Below, piece after piece: positions 58,262-64,000 of a stretch of 64,000 nt of DNA. A program made the position numbers and the translations under genes. The DNA lies in the NCBI GenBank assembly GCA_040005235.1, contig JBDTZG010000005.1, positions 117,185 to 181,184 on the forward strand. Reading direction: 5' to 3'. The number at the start of each line of letters is the position of its first letter. Position 1 is the first letter of the stretch. Below the pieces are notes generated by a model. It was not told the DNA's origin. It did not search any database and worked only from the letters and a program-made list of their open reading frames with translations. Source of the DNA: Acidobacteriota bacterium (GTDB lineage Bacteria; Acidobacteriota; Thermoanaerobaculia; Multivoradales; UBA5704).

Positions 58262-58786
58262 CGGATTCTCTCCTTCCTCCAAGAGTCGTGGTTGATCGCT
58301 GCTATTGTCGAATAGGCGCCGGTAGTCGACCAACTGCCGGTAGGTAACTTTAAAGTTACACAGTCCGGATGCAAAGCGACGGCGAATGGTCCCCTGCGGA
58401 ACGTCGTGCCCGCCCTGCGCCACCCGCTTGGCGACTCGAGCTATAGCTTCCTCCGGTGAGGCGAGCACTAAGAAGTAGAGCTCGACGGAATACCCCTCAG
58501 CCCGCCATCGCGGAATCATGCGCGCATAGCTCAAGCCGGACAAGGTTGTTTCGAAGGCGAAGCTTCGTCCCGCGGCGGCGTGGCTCGCGATTTCTTCGAG
58601 CATCAGGCGTCCGGCACGAAACGCGGCGGCGTCGGGGTTGAAGGGGGAGAGGCCGGCCGCGATCAGGTCGGCGTTGACGAAGATGGGGCAGTTTGCCTCG
58701 TTCGGCAGGAACTCCCGGGCGAAGGTGGTCTTCCCGGCGCCGTTCGGCCCGGCGAGGATGAGGATCTTCTTGCGGTCGGTCTCCAT
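58133..58786 (-). CDS. Zeta-toxin-like / AAA_33 P-loop ATPase
   Basis: LAGPNGAGKTT, FVNADLIAAGLSPF, FAFETTLSG, RVAQGGHDVP, FDNS. Confidence 0.88.
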   Translation of the reverse strand: METDRKKILILAGPNGAGKTTFAREFLPNEANCPIFVNADLIAAGLSPFNPDAAAFRAGRLMLEEIASHAAAGRSFAFETTLSGLSYARMIPRWRAEGYSVELYFLVLASPEEAIARVAKRVAQGGHDVPQGTIRRRFASGLCNFKVTYRQLVDYRRLFDNSSDQPRLLEEGENPMSNLQWRSRPDPDTEGAMAALVRAGKRSSEIAPNGHRYRGNA

Positions 58787-58954
58787 AACTTGGTCACCGC
58801 ACGGTATCCGACCTCGGCACCCGGCTCAAGGTGTCGCCTCCTGGGATCGCCAGGTTGGAGCCTGGCGATCCCAGGAAAAGCGCCTGCGGATGGGGCTCCA
58901 CCGCCACGCCAGCGGCGGCTTGACCCTCGCTTGGGGAGATTGTATAGAGTCTCC

Positions 58955-59263
58955 GTGAAGACTCTCACCATTACCAAGGCGAAGAAGAACCTCGGCCATT
59001 GGCTGTCGGCTGCGGCAAATGGTGATGACATCGGCAGCATCTCGGGAGCTGACATCATCGCCCTCCGCGCGGTGCAGGTGGAATCAACCGACTTGGCCCA
59101 GCGGGAGTATGGAGCGACCCCGGAGCAGGTCGAGGCTCTGCAGGAGGCGATCGATCGAAGGTACCGCCACCTTCGGCGCTCCGGGAAGTTACTGACCGTC
59201 TCAGCGGCTGAGTTGAGAGGGCTCTTTGAAGTACAGAAACTCCTTCGCGACGGGATCCGATAG
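58955..59263 (+). CDS. Phd/YefM-like antitoxin, orphan
   Basis: MKTLTITKAKKNLGHWLSAAANGDDI resembles the Phd N-terminus. No intact toxin downstream. Confidence 0.6.
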   Translation: MKTLTITKAKKNLGHWLSAAANGDDIGSISGADIIALRAVQVESTDLAQREYGATPEQVEALQEAIDRRYRHLRRSGKLLTVSAAELRGLFEVQKLLRDGIR

Positions 59264-59374
59264 GGTCGGCATGTGCCGGACGCAGTACCGCGCCGCCATC
59301 TCGAGGAACTCCTCAAACGAGCCCCTGGAAGTCTCGAAGGGCTCAAGACTCTTGCGCAGACCGAGCTCTCGCCC

Positions 59375-60730
59375 CTATTCCGCCGGCTCCCCCAACATCG
59401 CGAAGAATTCGTGCTCCTTCTCTTTGAGCATCTCGGCCGTCTTGGCCTCCATCACCAACCTTAAGAACGGCTCGGTGTTGCTCGGTCGGACGTTCGCCCA
59501 CCAGTCGGGGTAGGAGATCGTGATGCCGTCGAGGTAGTCGATCGTCGCGTCTTTATACTTCTCGGCGAGCTGGGCGATCATGCCGGCTTTGTCTTCGACC
59601 TCGAAGTTGATCTCCTGGCTCTTGGCGTAGCGGTTTAGCGGAGCGACCAGCTCCGAGAGCGGCTTGCCCGTCGAACGGAGGAGGTTGAAGACTTCGATTA
59701 CCGCGAGCAGCGGGCAGTCGGCGTGGAAATGGTCGCGGAAGTAATAGTGGCCGGCGAGCTCGCCGCCGAAGATTCCTTTCTTTTCGCGCAGGGTGGCCTT
59801 CATGAACGAATGGCCGACCCGCTCGCGGACCGGGACTCCGCCGTGCTCCGAGATGTATTCACCCGTGGCGCGCGAGGAGCGCAGGTCGTAGATCACCGCC
59901 TTGCCCGGCTCGCGATCGAGGAGGGCGCCCGCGATGAGTGCCGTCGCCAGATCGCTGCCGATCGCTTCGCCGTTTTCGTCGATGAACGCCGCGCGATCCG
60001 AATCGCCGTCGAACGCGATCCCCAGATCGGCTTTGTGCTCATGCACCAGTTTCTGGAGATCGACCAGGTTCTCCGCCTTGAGCGGATTCGCCTCGTGGTT
60101 CGGGAACGTGCCGTCCAGCTCGAAATAGAGCGGGATCATCTCGATGCCGCAGGCTTCGAGGATCGGCCGTTCGATCACCACCATGCCGTTGCCTGCATCG
60201 ACCGCGACTTTGAGCTTCTTTTTGCCTTCGTCGCGGAGGAACGAAAGGACGTGCGTTTTGTAGGCCTCCGCCACGTCGCCTTTGGTTCGGGTGCCGCGCA
60301 CGGCGGCTTCCGGCAGGTCGCCTTCGGCGATCTTCTTTTCCATCAGCGCAATGCCGCCTTCTCCCGAGACCGGCAGCGCGCCGTGGCGGCTGAATTTGAA
60401 GCCGTTGTATTTCGCCGGATTGTGACTCGCCGTGACTTGGACGCCGCCGGCCGTCTTGTGGTGGCCGATCGCGAAATAGTTCATCGGCGTGGTGGCCATT
60501 CCGATGTCGAGCACGTCGAGCCCCGCGGCGAGCAGGCCGTCGATCAGCGCTTCGGCGAGCCCCGGGCTGTGCGAGCGCATGTCGCGGCTCACCACCACTT
60601 GATTTCCAAGCGCGCGATCCTCCGCGTCGAGCACGTGCTGAAACGCGAGCCCGATCTGCCGGGCGATGGTTTCGTTTACCTGATCGGGGACCGTGCCCCG
60701 GACGTCGTATGCCTTGAAGATTCCGGCCAT
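59375..60730 (-). CDS. Phosphomannomutase/phosphoglucomutase
   Basis: IFKAYDVRG, VTASHNP, FDGDSDR, GELAGHYYF, VRPSNTEP. Confidence 0.95.
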   Translation of the reverse strand: MAGIFKAYDVRGTVPDQVNETIARQIGLAFQHVLDAEDRALGNQVVVSRDMRSHSPGLAEALIDGLLAAGLDVLDIGMATTPMNYFAIGHHKTAGGVQVTASHNPAKYNGFKFSRHGALPVSGEGGIALMEKKIAEGDLPEAAVRGTRTKGDVAEAYKTHVLSFLRDEGKKKLKVAVDAGNGMVVIERPILEACGIEMIPLYFELDGTFPNHEANPLKAENLVDLQKLVHEHKADLGIAFDGDSDRAAFIDENGEAIGSDLATALIAGALLDREPGKAVIYDLRSSRATGEYISEHGGVPVRERVGHSFMKATLREKKGIFGGELAGHYYFRDHFHADCPLLAVIEVFNLLRSTGKPLSELVAPLNRYAKSQEINFEVEDKAGMIAQLAEKYKDATIDYLDGITISYPDWWANVRPSNTEPFLRLVMEAKTAEMLKEKEHEFFAMLGEPAE

Positions 60731-60752
60731 GGTCGGCTCCTGGAAGTTGGGG

Positions 60753-63700
60753 TCAGCGCCCGATCTTTTCAATCGCGAATGCGAAGTCGTGCCCTTCGAT
60801 CGGCGCTTCGGCCAATCCGGCGGTATCGCCCGCCGCAATCATTTCGACTCCGAGCGTCTCGCCCAGAATCCAGTCGCGATGCGTCGAAAGTGCCGCCGCG
60901 AGCGCCTCGGCCGATCGGTGGCGTATGCGGATGCGGTCGGCGTAATCGAGGTGCTGCTCTTTCCGCGCGGTCTGGATCCGGCTCACCACCTCGCGCGCCC
61001 AGCCTTCGGCGAGCAGCTCGGGGGTGACGTGGGTGTCGAGGGCGACCAGCAACTCGCGGTCGCCTTGGGTGGCCGTCCCTTCGCGCTCGACCAGGCGGAT
61101 CTCCACCTCTTCGGTGACCAGCTCTACGGACTCGCCGGCAAGATCGATGGTCAGCTTGCCGGTCGCTTCCAGCTGTTCGAGCAGCGCCTCACCCGAAGCT
61201 GCTTCGAGGGCGGCCTTGATCTCCGGCATCCGCTTGCCAAATCGCTTGCCGAGCTTCGGGAAGACCGGCCGGACGTCGGCGTGGACGTATTCCTTCCGAT
61301 CCGCGGCCCAGCGCACCTCTTTGACGTTCAGCTCGTCGCGCAGAATGTCGAGGTAGGGCTCGACGAGCGCGGCAAGGGACCCATCCGCAGCGACCAGGGT
61401 GACCGAGGCGAGCGGTTGGCGGGTCTTCAAGGAGTGGACGTTCCGCGCCGCGTGCCCCAGCCGGACGATCCGCTGCACGGTCGCCATGCCGGTTTCGAGC
61501 GCGGCGTCGGCCCGGCCCGCCGGAGTGCCGGATTGCAAAGCAGGCCAATCTTCGAGATGAACACTCGCGGCCGCGTCCGGATTCTGGCTCCGGACCAGAT
61601 GGCGGTGGAGAACCTCGGCGACGAAAGGTACGAACGGCGCGAGCACGCGGGAAAGGGTGGTCAGCACCTCGTAGAGCGCCTGGTAGGCCGAATGCTTGTC
61701 GGCGTCCGAGCCTTGGGCGTCGGCCGACCAGAAACGGCCGCGGCTGCGGCGGATGTACCAATTCGTCAGATCGTCGACGAACGACTCGATCGTCCGGGCC
61801 GCCTCGGCGAGGTCGTAGCCGTCGAGCCGCTCGGTCACCTCTTCGGTCACCCGGTCGAGCCGCAGCAGGACCCAGCGATCGAGCGCGGGGCGCTCGGCGA
61901 ACGGCGTTTCGATCCCCGGGGTTCCCGGCCGCCAGCCGTCGAGGTTGGCGTAGATGGTGAAGAACGAGACGGCGTTCCAGAGCGGCAGCAGGAACTTCTG
62001 CGCCGCTTCGCGGACCAACTTGGCCGAGAAGCGGGAGTTGATCTCCGGGTTGTTGACGCAGAAATACCAGCGCATGGCGTCCGCGCCGGTCTCGGCGATC
62101 ACCCCCATCGGCTCGACCACGTTGCCCAGGCGCTTCGACATCTTGCGGCCCTGCTCGTCGGCGACGTGGCCGAGCACGACGCAGTGCCGATAGGCGACCT
62201 GGCCGAACAGGAGCGTGCCGAGCGCATGCAGGGTGTAGAACCAGCCACGAGTCTGGTCGACCGCTTCGGAAATGAAATCGGCGGGGTAGCCGACTCCCTT
62301 CTCGGGATCGAAATCGGGCAGCGGTTCGCCCAGGTAGTGATGCTGGGCAAACGGCATGGCGCCCGAGTCGAACCAGGCGTCGATCACCTCGGAGACGCGG
62401 TGCATCGTTCCCGCCCCGCACTTCGCGCAAGGCCAGCTTAGATCGTCGATGAACGGTCGATGCGGGTCGAACTGCTCGCGGTCGTAGACGTTTTCGGGCA
62501 GCGGCCGGCCGAGCTTCTCGAACAGCTTGGCGTACGAACCGGCGACCCAAATTTCGTTGCACCCCTCCGCGTCGCAGCGCCAGACCGGGAGCGGGGTCCC
62601 CCAATAGCGGCGCCGCGAGAGCGCCCAATCGACCACGTTTTCGAGCCAGTTGCCGAAGCGACCCACCCCCACATGCTCCGGGTGCCAGTGGATGGTGCGG
62701 TTCAGGGCCACCAGGTCGTCCTTCTTCTGCGTCGTGCGGACGAACCAGCTGGTGGTGGCGTAATAGAGCAGCGGCCGGTCGCAGCGCCAACAGAACGGGT
62801 AGTTGTGCTTGTAGCGGTCGGAGTGGAGCATCAGGCCGCGGCGCTTCAGATCCTGAATGATCTTCGGGTCGGCGTCCTTGAACCAGAGCCCGGCGAATTC
62901 TCCGGCGGCCGGGACCATCTTTCCCTCGCCATCGACGGTCAGCCAGAGCGGAAGGCCGTAGCGCAGGCCGGTCTGATAGTCGTCCTCGCCGAACGGCGGC
63001 GCGGTGTGGACGAGACCGGTCCCCTCGGTCGAAGTCACGTAGTTGCCCAGGACCACCCGCCCGGGCACCTCCGGATCGAGATAGGTGAACAGCCGTTCGT
63101 AGGTCATCCCTTCGAGCGCCTTGCCCCGGAACCGGGCGAGGGCCGGCTGCTCGCGCAGGTCGAGCTGCTTCCTGTGCCCGTCGATCTCGGCCGCGAGCGG
63201 CACGGGAGTGCCGAGCCCTTCGCCGATCAGCAGACGCTCCCCGGGCTTGCCGGGATTGTCGATCAGCTTGTAGAGCAGGTCGGGATGAGCCGCGACTCCG
63301 GCATTGGCGAGCGTGGTCCAGGGGGTCGTGGTCCAGCCGACCAGGCCGACACCCGAAAGATCGACCTCGGCGCCGTTTTCGTCGGTCGCCTTCATCCCGG
63401 CATGGAGCCGGAACAGGGTCCAGATCGACGGGTCTTCCGCCTCTTTGTAGTTCTGCGCCACCTCGTGGCTCGACAGGGTGGTGCCGCAGCGGGCGCAGTA
63501 GGGCTGGATCTTGTATCCCTCGATCAACAGGCCCTGATCCCAGAGCTTGCCCAGGGACCACCAGACCGACTCGATGTACTCGTTCTTGTAGGTCCAATAC
63601 GCGTCGTCCAGGTCGAGCCAATAGCCCACCCGTTCGGTCATCGCCCGCCATTGCCGTTCGTAGGTGTGGACGCTGTCCAGGCAGGCCCGGTTGAACTCGG

Positions 63701-64000
63701 CGATGCCGTAGGCCTCGATCTGCTGCTTGCCCGAGAAGCCGAGCCGCTTTTCGACCTCGATCTCGACCGGTAGGCCGTGGGTGTCCCAGCCGGCCTTCCG
63801 GGCGACCCGATGGCCGCGCATGGTGCGGAACCGTGGAATCAAGTCCTTCACCACCCGGGTGACGACGTGGCCCACGTGCGGCACGTTGTTCGCCGTCGGC
63901 GGCCCGTCGTAGAAGACGAAATCGCCCTCCGGTGCGGGGCGCTCAAGGCTGCGCTCGAAGATCCGGTTGGCTTTCCACTCCTCCAGAACCTCCAATTCGA
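60753..64000 (-). CDS. ileS: Isoleucine--tRNA ligase, type 2 (5' end outside the window)
   Basis: FYDGPPTAN..PHVGH, GWDTHGLPVE, WTTTPWT, DQTRGWFY, KMSKR; IleRS2-type C-terminus (REVVSRIQTARK). Confidence 0.96.
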   Translation of the reverse strand, partial: ELEVLEEWKANRIFERSLERPAPEGDFVFYDGPPTANNVPHVGHVVTRVVKDLIPRFRTMRGHRVARKAGWDTHGLPVEIEVEKRLGFSGKQQIEAYGIAEFNRACLDSVHTYERQWRAMTERVGYWLDLDDAYWTYKNEYIESVWWSLGKLWDQGLLIEGYKIQPYCARCGTTLSSHEVAQNYKEAEDPSIWTLFRLHAGMKATDENGAEVDLSGVGLVGWTTTPWTTLANAGVAAHPDLLYKLIDNPGKPGERLLIGEGLGTPVPLAAEIDGHRKQLDLREQPALARFRGKALEGMTYERLFTYLDPEVPGRVVLGNYVTSTEGTGLVHTAPPFGEDDYQTGLRYGLPLWLTVDGEGKMVPAAGEFAGLWFKDADPKIIQDLKRRGLMLHSDRYKHNYPFCWRCDRPLLYYATTSWFVRTTQKKDDLVALNRTIHWHPEHVGVGRFGNWLENVVDWALSRRRYWGTPLPVWRCDAEGCNEIWVAGSYAKLFEKLGRPLPENVYDREQFDPHRPFIDDLSWPCAKCGAGTMHRVSEVIDAWFDSGAMPFAQHHYLGEPLPDFDPEKGVGYPADFISEAVDQTRGWFYTLHALGTLLFGQVAYRHCVVLGHVADEQGRKMSKRLGNVVEPMGVIAETGADAMRWYFCVNNPEINSRFSAKLVREAAQKFLLPLWNAVSFFTIYANLDGWRPGTPGIETPFAERPALDRWVLLRLDRVTEEVTERLDGYDLAEAARTIESFVDDLTNWYIRRSRGRFWSADAQGSDADKHSAYQALYEVLTTLSRVLAPFVPFVAEVLHRHLVRSQNPDAAASVHLEDWPALQSGTPAGRADAALETGMATVQRIVRLGHAARNVHSLKTRQPLASVTLVAADGSLAALVEPYLDILRDELNVKEVRWAADRKEYVHADVRPVFPKLGKRFGKRMPEIKAALEAASGEALLEQLEATGKLTIDLAGESVELVTEEVEIRLVEREGTATQGDRELLVALDTHVTPELLAEGWAREVVSRIQTARKEQHLDYADRIRIRHRSAEALAAALSTHRDWILGETLGVEMIAAGDTAGLAEAPIEGHDFAFAIEKIGR

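Noticed and set aside
59200-59374. Protein-like frame continuing after the pmm TAG (…FEEFLEMAARYCVRHMPTLSDPVAKEFLYFKE…), suggesting read-through or a remnant
   Set aside because: PMM ends at its normal C-terminus; no family recognised and no evidence of recoding.
23923-63773. Many long antisense or alternate-frame ORFs (e.g. 23923..25710, 32242..34050, 48125..49846, 60693..62441, 61189..63651)
   Set aside because: Arg/Gly/Pro-rich shadows of well-supported genes, expected at high GC.

Overview
High-GC bacterial chromosome segment. Gene content suggests Acidobacteriota (Thermoanaerobaculia-like), which is inference only. In order: (1) a surface-glycan locus (TylF-type methyltransferase, Wzt ABC ATPase, radical SAM protein, GT2, GT4) interrupted by an Rpn-family nuclease; (2) Ser/Thr kinase-TPR, D-amino-acid oxidase, PP2C phosphatase, degenerate rubrerythrin and BON-LysM genes; (3) a second, Wzx-type glycan operon preceded by a 15 x 21-bp tandem repeat, a Uma2 pseudogene and a MazF/RHH toxin-antitoxin pair; (4) rpsP-khpA-rimM-trmD-rplS-rnhB plus a large TPR gene; (5) speY-like and speB polyamine genes, a two-component system, an ECF/anti-sigma pair, ampD, thiolase, radC, larC and hslO; (6) a Pho-box-led pstSCAB operon; (7) an orphan peptide-tailoring cassette (PRMT-like methyltransferase with an RRE-like N-terminus, SyrP-like dioxygenase, SyrD-like exporter); (8) a non-coding array of a GTCCGA core repeated every ~20 bp with variable spacers; (9) a decaying TA/defence island containing a low-GC REase-STAND NTPase gene; (10) phosphomannomutase and a type-2 ileS that runs off the window. 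No rRNA, tRNA, CRISPR array, integrase or complete IS was recognised. The most unusual signals are the GTCCGA array (51286-51516), the PRMT/SyrP/SyrD cassette and the REase-STAND gene.
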